Under the pieces are notes generated by a model. The model was given only the letters and a program-made list of their open reading frames with translations, was not told where the DNA came from and did not search any database. From Octopus vulgaris (Eukaryota), in NCBI GenBank assembly GCA_951406725.2, contig OX597815.1, positions 137,578,001 through 137,642,000 on the forward strand: a stretch of DNA of 64,000 nucleotides, written 5' to 3'. The position numbers and the translations under genes were made by a program. Positions 27,260-42,185 of the stretch are shown here, piece by piece. The first letter of the stretch is position 1. Every line of letters starts with the position of its first letter.

Positions 27260-28832
27260 CACATACATATACATATACACACATATATATATATATATAT
27301 TTAGTATATATATATATATCATCATCATCATCATCATCATTTAGCGTCCGCTTTCCATGCTAGCTTCGTCAGGCCCAGTCAGATCTGGCAGTGTTTCTAC
27401 GGCTGAATGCCCTTCCTAATGCCAACCACTCCGCGAGTGTAGTGGGTGTTTTTTATGTGCCACCTGCACAGGTGCCAGACAGAGCTGGCGAACGGCCACG
27501 AACGGATGGTGCTTTTACGTGTCACCGGCACGGGGCCAGGCGATGCTGGCAACGGACACGAACGGATGGTGCTTCATACTATTACTTCATACTAATTTCT
27601 AAAGTGTCATTAAAGTTAGCATCATTATCATTGTCTATACCATTAATGCTACCATTATTATCATTCATAATATTATTAATAACGCTTACATTAGGATCCA
27701 ATGTGGCACATATGTATGTTCGGGTTCCAGTTAGTAATTTTCCTTATGACATAAATACACTATTGGATTTGAATTTAAAATTATTATTATCTTCCTCACG
27801 GTTGGTCCATTGAGAGCCGCCCGACCTCCACCACACCGCACAAGAAAAACATACACATCTAACCCTAAACCCACACATCCACACAGAAAGTCACACATAC
27901 ATGCACACACACATGAATACACCCCGACACATCGCTACACATTCACTAGATTGCAGAGTGTATGTCTGTCATCACATGGCTTATAGACAAATCAGTACAG
28001 GCAGCAGTGTCTAACACTAACACACACACTCACACGCACATCCGCATAAATATTAATACACTCTCATATACTGTGTCAGGGAACATTCGCACACACATAT
28101 ATATATATTTAAATATATATCTGCGCACTCATACGTACAAATAAAACCTATACTTATATCCACCCATGAATAAATATTCGCATATACATATATACATATC
28201 CAAATACGCACCTGCATGCTCATATGTGTAATAAAAACATACATCCGTACATCCACCCACGATCATACCTATATGTACAAAAAAATACATACGTACACAT
28301 ACACATTGTCGCACACCTCGACACCTCAATCCACATCCACTAAATCATAAATTAAAATATATGTCTGCCCATCCAAAGACATATATATACATACACAAAA
28401 AGTAAACAGAAGTTACTATTAATTTAGATATAAGTTCATTAATTATAAATTAAATTAATTATAGATTAGTAAGTGCCAAATAAACAAGAATAAATGATTA
28501 AATAAATAAATATATATATATCCATGTATATATAAATAGATAAATAAAATGGAATACAAATTAAGAAGAGCACAAAGATAAACCTAATATAGAAATGTGA
28601 TTGAGTATTATCTGGTAATTGATATTTGATTTAGATGTATTTCTCCATTTTCTTATCTTGTATTAGTAATTTGTGGTAAATCATTTTACCTTTGCCCATA
28701 TAATACAGTAAATGAAGTGATTGCATCGCAATCATTAACATTTATGTATTAACTTTGTTGGGTACTTCACTAGCAGTATATTGGATATATGTTATCCCAT
28801 GGAGGGTTGCATTTACAACCCCTATCTCAATT

Positions 28833-28898
<66 letters not shown>

Positions 28899-28923
28899 CA
28901 CACATACATATATATATATATAT

Positions 28924-28966
<43 letters not shown>

Positions 28967-28996
28967 TACATATATATATATATACACACATACATA

Positions 28997-29599
28997 TACT
29001 CTTTTACTCTTTTACTCTTTTACTTGTTTCAGCCATCCGGCTGAGGCCATGCTGGGGCACCGCCTTGTTGCTACCCTCTCTAAGTCCAGTTTGCCGTGGC
29101 TGGCCACTGATCTAAGAGAGAGTTTGTAGCTGCTGCCCTTAGGTTACCTTCGTACCTTGCAGTGGGTTCATCTGGGATCCCGGAAAGCAGCTTGTCTAGA
29201 TGTTTTTTGAAAATGTCCACATCCGCATCATGTAGATCTCTTAGTTTTCTTGGCAGTTTGTTGAAAAGCTGAGGGCCCCTGAACCCCAGGCTATTACAGT
29301 ATCTGCTCCTTACCCTGGATGTGGAAGACGGGACCTTTGGCACCACAGAGTGACGTCCTGTACGGGGATTGGAACAGCTCTCAATTCCAAAATTTGGTGC
29401 TAGTCCCTCCAGGATTTTCCATATGTATATCACTGCATATCTCTCACGTCTTCGTTCCAAGGAGTACAAATTGAGTTCCCTAAGCCTCTCCCAATAGTTC
29501 TTTTCTTTCATGGTGGAAATCCTCTTGGTGAAATGTCTTTGGATTGTCTCAAGCTCTGTGGTTAGTTTGACACTATGCGGTGACCACAGTTGGGAGCAG
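28997..29599 (-). mobile_element. CR1/L2-group LINE family C, 5'-truncated, (AAAAGAGT)n tail
   Basis: CSQLWSP...[22 protein letters not shown]...GPQLFN...DEP; both ends abut TA/TACA tracts. Confidence 0.9.
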
Positions 29600-29700
29600 T
29601 ATATATATATATATATACACACAGATACATATATATATATATATATACACACACATACATATATATATATATACACACACATACATATATACATATATAT

Positions 29701-29761
<61 letters not shown>

Positions 29762-29788
29762 CACACATACATATATATATATATATAT

Positions 29789-29823
<35 letters not shown>

Positions 29824-29896
29824 CGCACATACATATATATATATATATATATACACATACATATATATATATATACACATACATATATATATATAT

Positions 29897-29928
<32 letters not shown>

Positions 29929-30064
29929 ACATACATATATATATATACACATACATATATATATATATATACACATACATATATATATATATACACATAC
30001 ATATATATATATATACATACATACCTACATACATATATACATACATATATATATACATACATAT

Positions 30065-30095
<31 letters not shown>

Positions 30096-31507
30096 CATAC
30101 ATATATATATATACATACATATATATATACATACATATATATATACATACATATATAAATACATATATACATATATATATACATATATATATATATACAT
30201 ATATATATACATATACATATATATATACATATATATATATATATACATATATATATACATATACATACATATATATATATATACATACATATATATATAC
30301 ATACATATATATATATACACATATATATATACATACATATATATATATACACATATATATATACATATACATACATATATATATATACACATATATATAT
30401 ACATATACATACATATATATATACACATATATATATACATATACATACATATATTTATATATACATATACATACATATATATATACATATACATATACAT
30501 ATATACATATATATATACATATATATATACATACATATACATATATATATACATATATATATACATACATATACATATATATACATACATATATACATAT
30601 ATATATATATACATACATATATACATATATATATATACATACATATATACATATATATATATACATACATATATACATATATATATATACATACATATAT
30701 ATATATATACATACATATACATATACATACATACATATACATATATATATACATACATATATACATATATATATATATACATACATATATACATATATAT
30801 ATATATACATACATATATACATATATATATACATATATACATATATACATATATACATATATACATACATATATACATATATATATATATACACATATAT
30901 ATATATATATACATGCATATATACATATATATATGTACATGCATATATACATATATATATATACATACATATATACATATATATATACATATACATGCAT
31001 ATATACATATATATATATATATACATACATATATGCATATATATATATATACATACATATATACATATATATATATATACATACATATATACATATATAT
31101 ATATATACGTACATATATACATATATATATATACATACATATATACATATATATATATACATACATATATACATATATATATATACATACATATATACAT
31201 ATATATATATACATACATATATACATATATATATACATACATATATACATATATATATATACATACATATATACATATATATATATACATACATATATAC
31301 ATATATATATATATACATACATATATATATATATATATATACATATATACATACATATATATATACATACATATATATATATACATATATATATACATAC
31401 ATATATATATTCATACATATATATATACATACATATATATATATACATACATATATACATACATATATACATATATATGTATATATATACATACATATAT
31501 ATATATA

Positions 31508-31541
<34 letters not shown>

Positions 31542-31681
31542 TACATACATATATATATATACATACATATATACATTCATATACATATATACATACATAT
31601 ATATATATATATATACATACATACATATATACATACATATATATATATATATACATACATACATACATATATATATATATA

Positions 31682-31715
<34 letters not shown>

Positions 31716-31747
31716 CATATACATACATACATACATACATATATATA

Positions 31748-31783
<36 letters not shown>

Positions 31784-31791
31784 TACATACA

Positions 31792-31859
<68 letters not shown>

Positions 31860-31910
31860 TACATACATACATACATACAGATATATATACATACATACAT
31901 ACATATGTAT

Positions 31911-31943
<33 letters not shown>

Positions 31944-31999
31944 TATACATACATACATACATATATATATATACGTACATACATACATACATATGTATA

Positions 32000-32047
<48 letters not shown>

Positions 32048-32048
32048 C

Positions 32049-32081
<33 letters not shown>

Positions 32082-32332
32082 CATACATATATATATATAT
32101 ATATATACATACATACATACATATATATATATACATACATATATATATATACATACATACATACATATATATATATACATACATATATATATATACATAC
32201 ATATATATATATACATACATACATATATATATATATACATACATACATATATATATACATACATACATATATATATATACATACATACATACATATATAT
32301 ATATACATACATACATATATATACATACATAC

Positions 32333-32381
<49 letters not shown>

Positions 32382-32579
32382 CTTACATATATACATACAT
32401 GTATATATATATACATACATACATATATACATACATATATACATACATATACACACATATATATACATACATACAAATATACACACATATATACATACAT
32501 ACATATATACATACATATACACGTATATATACATACATATACATACAAATATATACATACATATACATACATATATATA
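29600..32579. repeat. Compound (TA)n/(TACA)n microsatellite, ~3 kb
   Basis: Direct reading. Confidence 0.97.
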
Positions 32580-32913
32580 AATCCTTAAATCCTTAAAAAT
32601 GTTTTAGCCTCGAAGGCCGCGGCCATGCTGGGGCATCACCGCTGTATGAGCTACACTAGTTTGTGAATCCACCTCTGATACGTGGCACTTGATCAACAAG
32701 GGAGTTCGATGCTGCTGCCCGCATCCGCGTCTCCTGTCATGAGGTAGGTTCATCTCGGACTCCCAACAAGAAGAGATCCAGTTTAGTTTTAAAGAAACCC
32801 ACATCCACACCATGTAAGTCTCTCAGGCATTTCGGGAGGATGTTAAAGAGCTGTGGTCCTCTGAAACCCAAGCTGTTGCAGTATCTGGACCTGTATTTTG
32901 ATGGTGATGTTGG
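32578..32913 (-). mobile_element. CR1/L2-group LINE family D, short 3' end, (TTAAGGAT)n tail
   Basis: [31 protein letters not shown]...DEP; both ends in TA tracts. Confidence 0.85.
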
Positions 32914-32934
32914 AATATATATATATATATATAT

Positions 32935-32967
<33 letters not shown>

Positions 32968-33392
32968 CATATTCATACATATATGTATATATACATATTC
33001 ATACATATATGTATATATACATATTCATACATATATGTATATATATATATAGATACATATTCATACATATATGTATATATATATATATATACATATTCAT
33101 ACATATATGTATATATACATATATATACATATACATACATATATATATATACATATATATACATATATATATAAACATATATATACATATATATACATAC
33201 AAATATATATATACATATATATACATATATATACATATATATACATATATATACATATACATATATATAGATATACATATATATACATATATATACATAT
33301 ATATACATACATATATATATACATACATATATATACATATATATATACATACATATACATACATATATATCTATACATATATATATACATAC

Positions 33393-33425
<33 letters not shown>

Positions 33426-33514
33426 CATATATATACATACATATATATATACATACATATATATACATATATATATACATACATATATATATATATACAT
33501 ATATATACATATAC

Positions 33515-33549
<35 letters not shown>

Positions 33550-33887
33550 CACATATATATATACATACATATATATATATATACATATATATACATAAGT
33601 ATATATACATATATATATATACATATATATATATACATATATACATATATATATACATACATACATATATATATATATACATATATATATACATATATAT
33701 ATATACATATATATATACATATATATATATACATACATATATATATATACATATATATATATATACATACATATATATATATACGTATATATATTTACAT
33801 ATATATATATACATACATATATACATATATATATATACATATATATATATACATACATATATACATACATATAAATACATATATATA

Positions 33888-33921
<34 letters not shown>

Positions 33922-34136
33922 TACATATATATACATACATATATATATATATATACATATATATACATACATATATATATATATATACATATATATACAT
34001 ACATATATATATATATACATATATATACATACATATATATATACATATATATACATACATATATATATACATATATATACATACATATATATATACATAT
34101 ATATACATACATATATATATACATATATATACATAC

Positions 34137-34167
<31 letters not shown>

Positions 34168-34469
34168 CATATATACACATACCTATATATACATATATAT
34201 ATATATATATACATATATACACATACCTATATATACATATATATATATATATACATATATACACATACCTATATATACATATATATATATATACATATAT
34301 ACATATACATACATATATATACATATATATATATACATACATATATATATATACATACATATATATATATATACATACATATATATATATATACATACAT
34401 ATATATATATATACATACATATATATATATATACATACATATATATATATATATATAAATATACATATA

Positions 34470-34501
<32 letters not shown>

Positions 34502-34558
34502 GATATATATATATACATACATATATATATATATACATACATATATATATACATACAT
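32914..34558. repeat. Compound (TA)n/(TACA)n microsatellite
   Basis: Direct reading. Confidence 0.97.
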
Positions 34559-36405
34559 AGGAAAACCAATGAGGGTAAGTGAAATACTGAATGAACAATT
34601 CAAGAGTGTTTTCACTCCACCCCTTGGGCATTTCCAAATCACCAATCCAACTGACTTCTTTACCACTGCAGATATAAAATCAGAGGCGGCGACGATAAAT
34701 TACATCGATATAAAGGAAGACGATGTAACCAAGGCTATAGATGAAATGAAAACAGACTCAGCTATTGGCCCCGATGGATTCCCAGCAATCCTCCTAAAAG
34801 TATGTAAGAGAGTCCTAGCAAGACCACTGCAGTTCCTCTTTCAGAGCTTCCTTGCAGCTGGCAAACTTCCAAGAAAACTGAAGGAAGGTAAAATATGCCC
34901 TATTCATAAAGGAGGTAGCAGAGCGGAGGCCAAGAACTACAGACCTATCTCTCTCACCTCACACATCAGCAAGGTCATGGAACGAATAGTTAGAAGGAAA
35001 CTAATCAGCTTCCTTGAAGAAAATGACTTGCTGCCTGACACCCAACATGGTTTCTGACCAGGAAGAAGCTGCTTAACTCAGCTCCTACAACACTACGACT
35101 GGGTGCTGAAACAACTGCTCAACCACTCAAATGTGGAAGTCATATATCTCGACTTCCACATAAAGTCGATCATGGAATGATATGTCACAAACTGCGTGAT
35201 CTTGGCATAGTTGGAAAACTGGGAGAATGGCTTCATGACTTTCTGAAGAATAGAAGTCAGGTGGTAGCAGCCAATGGGGCCACTTCCATTAACACGCAAA
35301 TAGTGAGCGGTGTTCCGCAGGGCACTGTTTTGGGACCACTACTGTTCATAATGGCCCTCTCAGACATGCCCTCAGCCACGCAGAGAGCCACGATCACAAG
35401 TTATGCAGATGATACAAAAGTTTCACAGGCAATACAGAACACTGAAGACACTAAGCACCTGCAATGTGAGCTGGACGAAATATACAAGTGGGCTGAAAAG
35501 AATAGCATGCAGTTCAATGCTGAAAAGTCTCAAGCTTTATACTATCAGCATGCAAAACTGAATGCAATACCCAATGAATACACTGGACCTGGAGGGATTG
35601 CAATCCCAGAGGCACAATCAGTGCATGACCTGGGTATTCACATGAGTGATGATGCAACCTTTCATGTACATGTTGCTAAACTGACAATGAAATGTAGACG
35701 GCTGGCTGGATGGATTCTTAGAACCTTTAGAACAAGAGAACAAGAAACCATGATGGTCCTCTGGAAGACACTTGTACTAAGCCACTTTGACTATTGCTCT
35801 CAGCTATGGTCACCATCCAGTGTCAAGTTGATCACAGAACTTGAGGCGATCCAACGAAGCTACACGAAGAAGATAGCCTCTGTGCAGCATATGAGCTACT
35901 GGGAAAGACTCAAGAGATTAAAGCTCTATTCCCTGGAGCGTAGGCGAGAAAGATATGCCATAATATACATCTGGAAGATCCTGGAAGGTCTTGTCCCAGA
36001 CTTTGGCATCGAGAGTCACACAAATGCCAGAACCGGACACCACTGCGTAGTACGAAGGACTCCAAATTTGCCATCAAGATGTAGGACAAGATATTGTGAT
36101 AGCCTGGGCTTCAGAGGCCCACGGCTCTTCAATATCCTCCCGAAGAACCTGAGGGACCTGCATGGTGTAGATGCAGATGTCTTTAAAGTAGGACTGGACC
36201 TCTTCCTGTCAGGTGTCCCGGATGAACCAACTTCACAGCAGGAAGTGCAGATGAGGGCAGCTGCATCGAACTCTCTCATGCATCAGATGGCGTTTGCTAA
36301 AAAGCATCCGTGAGGTAAAATCCTGTAGCAAACCAAATGGCGGTGCCCCAGCATGGCCACAGCTCATTAGCTGAAACTGGAAAAATCAAAAAATCAAAAA
36401 AATCA
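34559..36405 (+). mobile_element. CR1/L2-group LINE family A copy 1, 5'-truncated and defective
   Basis: RT motifs [13 protein letters not shown] and YADDT. CGA>TGA stop near 35055 and a small deletion in the DFAKAFD motif. Tail (AAAAATC)n. Confidence 0.93.
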
Positions 36406-37009
36406 TATATACATACATATATCATCATCATCATCATCGTTTAACGTCTGTTTACCGTGCTAGCACGGGTTGGATGGTTTCGACCGGGGTCTGGGAGCCA
36501 GGAGCTGCCCCAGGCTCCAGTCTGGTCTGGCAGTGTTTCTACAGCTGGATGCCCTTCCTAACGCCAACCACTCCGCGAGTGTAGTGGGTGCTTTTTACGT
36601 GCCACCTGCACAGGTGCCAGAGGGGTCTGGCATCGGCCACGGTCAGTTGGTGCTTTTTATGTGCCACCTGCACAGAAGCCAGTCGGGTCGGTGCTGGCAT
36701 CGGCCACGTTCGGATGGTGCTTTTTATGTGGGGGGAGGGTGCAGAAATATAGGGGAGCACCAGTGGGGAGGGGAGTTCGGAGAAACGATGACAGGTTCTA
36801 GACAAGTAGAATGTAGGATATCACGAGAGGGTAATGCATGGTGAAATAGCGTATTGAAGAGGGGAGTTCGAAGAGTAGACACCTATAATGGTGGTGGGAG
36901 AAGCGACATCCGGTATAGATGGAGCAAAAATATAGAGATATCCGGTCATTGGTGGTGGGGGTGTGGGTGGGGGTGGGCAAGGGCAAGGGCAAGGGCGGGT
37001 GCACCGGGA

Positions 37010-38000
37010 ATATGCGGCGAAGGTTGAACTTGACGGGCTGGCTTAAAAATGCTCTTAGCAATGGAAGGGGGAAAGGAAGAGGGGGAAGGGCAGACAACGT
37101 AAAAGAGGGAGAGAGAGAGAAGGGAATAGTGGAACCCCGCGAAAAATCGGCCGCCATTGAAAAACACCTGTATGGAGAAACTTAAATATCTATTCTGTAT
37201 TTAGCGAGACACGAGGTCGGAAACCGATGGTCAACAATAACTAATAAATTATACAGAATATGCAATACGAGGCGAAGCTGAAAATAATAATAGTAATAAT
37301 AATAATAATAAACAAATTGTCGACTGGGGATCAAAGGGATAATACTAATACTACTACTAATAATAATAATAATAAACAGCTTAACCACTAGAGATCAGAC
37401 AAATTTGCATGAGAATATTACTGGTACAGATTACGGGATGAATTAGATTAGAAAGATTTTCTTATCTTGGGAACATTTCGATTTCGGCCTGACACGGCGA
37501 ATATGCGAAGGTTGAACTTGACAGGCTGGCTTTAAAATGCTCTTAGCGATGGAAGGGGGGGAAGGAAGAGGGAGGAGGGCAAACAACGTAAAAGAGGGAG
37601 AGAGAGAGAAGGGAATAGTGGAACCCCACGAAAAATCGGCCGCCATTGAAAACCCCTGTATGGAGAAACTTAAATATCTATTCTGTATTTAGCAAGACAC
37701 GAGGCCGGAAACCGATGGTCAACAATAACTAATAAATTATACAGAATATGCAATACGAGGCGAAGCTGAAAATAATAATAATAATAATAATAATAATAAA
37801 CAAATTGTCGACTGGGGATCAAAGGGATAATACTAATACTACTAATAATAATAATAATAATAATAAACAGCTTAACCACTAGAGATCAGACAAATTTGCA
37901 TGAGAATATTACTGGTACAGATTACGGGATGAATTAGATTAGAAAGATTTTCTTATCTTGGGAACATTTCGTTTTCAGCCTGACACGGCGAATATGCGAA
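37010..38000. repeat. Tandem duplication, ~490 bp unit, two copies plus the start of a third
   Basis: gcgaaggttgaacttgac.ggctggctt recurs at ~37017 and ~37505; cctgacacggcgaatatgcgaa at ~37488 and ~37979. Confidence 0.9.
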
Positions 38001-38128
38001 ACATATACACATATATATATATATACACATATATATATATATACATATATATACGCATATATATATATACACATATATATATATATACACATATATATAT
38101 ATACACACACACATATATATATATACAC

Positions 38129-38159
<31 letters not shown>

Positions 38160-38250
38160 CACATATATATATATATACACATATATATATATATACACAT
38201 ATATATATATACACATATATATATATATACACATATATATATATATACAC

Positions 38251-38317
<67 letters not shown>

Positions 38318-38397
38318 CACATATATATATATACACATATATATACACATATATATATATATACACATATATATACACATATATATATATATACACA

Positions 38398-38503
<106 letters not shown>

Positions 38504-38512
38504 TATATATAC

Positions 38513-38543
<31 letters not shown>

Positions 38544-38614
38544 CATATATATATATACATATATATATATACATATATATATATATACATATATATATAT
38601 ACATATATATATAC

Positions 38615-38677
<63 letters not shown>

Positions 38678-38938
38678 CATATATATATATACATATAAAT
38701 ATATATAATGAGGGTGAAAAATCGATATTAATTTAATAATACCATCAATTTAACACCAAGTGGCTTAGCACAAAAACCTACAGAGAAAATACAAATTTAT
38801 ATATAAATTATATAGAGAGTTATCCACTACATATATATATATACATATATATATATACATATACATATATACATATATACATATATATATACATATACAT
38901 ATATACATATATACATATATACATATATACATATACAT

Positions 38939-41900
38939 ATGATTGATTGATTGATTGATTGATTCTAGTTTCAGCTTATGAGCCGTGGCCATGCTGGGGC
39001 ACCGCCATTTGGTGTTGCTACTTGGTTTCACTTCATGGAGGCCCCCTCTAGCAACTGCTACTTGGTGCATGAGAGAGTTCGATGCAGCTGCCCTCATCTG
39101 CCCCTCCTGCCGTGAAGTTGGTTCATCTGGGACACCTGACAGGAAGAGATCCAGCTTCATTTTAAAGACATCTGTATCCACCCCATGCAGGTCTCTCAGG
39201 TTCTTCGGGAGGATATTGAAGAGCTGTGGGCCTCGGAAGCCCAGGCTATCACAGAATCTTGTCCCACATCTTGATGGCAGGTTTGGAGTCCTAGGCACCA
39301 CGCAGTGGCGCCCAGTTCTGGCATTTGCGTAACTCTCAATGCCAAAGTTCAGGACACTTCCCTCCAGGATCTTCCAGATGTATATTATGGCATATCTTTC
39401 CCGCCTACGCTCCAGGGAATATAATTTTAATCTCTTGAGTCTTTCCCAGTAGCTTACATTCTGCATAGAGGCTATCTTCTTTGTGTAGCTTCGTTGGATC
39501 GCCTCAAGTTCTGTGATCAACTTGACACTGGATGGTGACCATAGCTGAGAGCAATAGTCAAAGTGGCTTAGGACAAGTGTCTTCCAGAGGACCATCATGG
39601 TTTCTTGTTCTCTTGTTCTAAAGGTTCTAAGAATCCATCCAGCCAGCCGTCTACATTTCATTGTCAGTTTAGCAACATGTACATGAAAGGTCGCGTCATC
39701 ACTCATGTGAATACCCAGGTCACGCACTGATTGTGCCTCTGGGATTGCAACCTTCGGGTCCAGTGTATTCATTGGGTATTGCATTCAGTTTTGCATGCTG
39801 ATAGTATAAAGCTTGAAACTTTCCAGCATTGAACTGCATGCTATTCTTTTCAGCCCACTTGTATATTTCGTCCAGCTCACATTGCAGGTGTTTAGTGTCC
39901 TCAGGGTTCTGTATTGCCTGTGAGACTTTTGTATCATCTGCATAACTTGTGATCGTGGCTCTCTGCGTGGCTGAGGGCATGTCTGAGAGGGCCATTATGA
40001 ACAGTAGTGGTCCCAGAACAGTGCCCTGCGGAACACCGCTCACTATTTGTGTGTTAATGGAGGTGGCCCCATTGGCTACTACCACCTGACTTCTATCCTT
40101 CAGAAAGTCATGAAGCCATTCTCCCAGTTTTCCAACTATGTTGAGATCACGCAGTTTGTGACATATCATTCCATGATCGACTTTATCAAAGGCCTTTGCA
40201 AAGTCGAGATATATCACTTCCACATTTGAGTGGTTGAGCAGCCGTTTCAGCACCCAGTCATAGTGTTGTAGGAGCTGAGTTAAACAGCTTCTCCTGGTCG
40301 GAAACCATGTTGGGTGTCGGGCAGCAAGTCATTCTCTTCAAGGAAGGTGATCAGCTTCCTTCTGACTATTCGTTCCATGACCTTGCTGATGTGTGAGGTC
40401 AGAGAGATAGGTCTATAGTTCTTGGCTTCCGCTCTGCTACCTCCTTTATGAATGGGGCATATTTTACCTTCCTTCAGTTTTCCTGGAAGTTTGCCAGCTG
40501 CAAGGAAGCTCTGAAAGAGGAACTGCAGTGGTCTTGCTAGGACTCTCTTACATGCTTTTAGGAGGATTGCCGGGAATCCATCGGGGCCAGTAGCTGAGTC
40601 TGTTTTCATTTCATCTATAGCCTTGGTTACATCGTCTTCCTTTATATCGATGTAATCTATCGTCGCCGCCTCTGATTTTATATCTGCAGTGGTAAAAAAG
40701 TCAGTTGGATTGGTGATTTGGAGATGCCCAAGGGGTGGAGTGAAAACACTCTTGAATTGCTCATTCAGTATTTCACTTACCCTCATTGGTTTTCCTGTAA
40801 GTGTGCCATCCTTTTCGAGGAGTGGCCCTATTCTACAGTGCACTGTAGCTGTTTCTTTGGCATACCTGTAGAAAGCTCTGGGGTTAGATTTTATGTTTTC
40901 TATAGCCCAGGCTTCTTTGTCTGCTCTTTCTTTTCATGGGAGAGTTGCAGACATTTTTCAATTTCCAACAGTTTTATTTTTAGGCGGGACTTTTCACTGC
41001 TTTCAATCTGTTTGTTTAGGCGATTTGAAAATTTCGTACGCCGTCTCATTAAAATTTTCCTCTCTCTGGGGATTTTGTTCTTGTGTACAGTGGCCTTTCT
41101 CTCTGGGACACATTTGTAGCATATGGCTTGCATTACAGACATGAATTGTTGAAGTTTCACGTCGATGTCTGGCGAGGAGAGACATTCAGGCCAGTTTTGT
41201 TTGAGGATCTCTTTCTCAATTTGTTTCCAGTTTGCCTTATGGTAGTTCAAGCTGGAAAGATTTTGAGGGTTTCTTGTAGGCTGCATGTCCGTGCTCTCTT
41301 TTGGCCCGTACATGGTCAGCTCTATCATGTTGTGATCCGAGAGTAGTGTCGGTGTCACTTTCACATTATGGATGAGATCCATGTCATTTGTGAAGCAGAG
41401 ATCCAGTGTGTTACCTGCCCTGGTTGGTTGGAGTATTACCTGCTCCATGTACAGGGTGTTGATGAGGTTCAGGAGGGACCTCGCCTGTCCTCGTTCACAT
41501 CTTGTCATTCCTGGGAGACAAAGGCCCTCGGGCCATCTGACATTGGGCAGATTGAAGTCTCCCATAAGAAGCACACCTATGTGTTGTTCTAATGTGGTTA
41601 GAATTTCTTCTATTTTTATAAGGCAGTCTTCAAACTTGCCCACATGGCTTGGGGCATCTGGAGGACGATATGTAGCACACACAACTACATCAAGTTGCCT
41701 AATATGTACAATTAGTGTGTCACACACCGAGTTTGAGTATGACAAGAGGACCTGGGGTGTGAGGTCCTCACGGATGTACATAGCAACACCTCCATGACTC
41801 CTTTCTTTCCTGTCGGTCCGTAGTACAGCATACTGTGGTATGTGTAACTCCGCATCTGCTATGTCCGGTTTCAGGTGCGTTTCTGTAAGTGCTATGCATA

Positions 41901-42090
41901 AGGCTTGATTGCATGCAACAAAGTCTCTCAAGAACGGGATCTTTGTCCTGTTACTGAGTGTTTGCAGTCCTCTGATGTTCAGTAGGAGTATCGAGGTGAG
42001 TGTACGTTGTTGCCGGCGGTGTCCATCCTGTGTCTGTTTGCTGTGGTGGTCTGGTATATAGTGGGTAGTCCCACTCCATGCGGGCTTGGG
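38939..42090 (-). mobile_element. CR1/L2-group LINE family A copy 2 (APE+RT), 5'-truncated, (AATC)n tail
   Basis: Four consecutive ORFs (40900-41931, 40280-40843, 39720-40253, 38765-39784) colinear with 48881-52180, separated by small frameshifts. TA tracts on both sides. Confidence 0.95.
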
Positions 42091-42098
42091 TTTATATG

Positions 42099-42163
<65 letters not shown>

Positions 42164-42185
42164 GTGTATATATATATATGTGTAT

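Noticed and set aside
29080-30018. Apparent LINE ORF interrupted by a microsatellite 'intron'
   Set aside because: The flanking fragments belong to different families and positions and there are no splice signals; these are separate 5'-truncated insertions.
29510-34666. Very long ORFs (up to ~1000 aa) of Y/I/H/T/C/M/V, also at 45324-48854, 52182-54715 and 57231-62792
   Set aside because: Translations of TA/TACA microsatellites, which lack stop codons; not genes.
37195-37240. GAAACCGATGGTC resembling hammerhead stem III in the tandem unit
   Set aside because: No CUGANGA core upstream.
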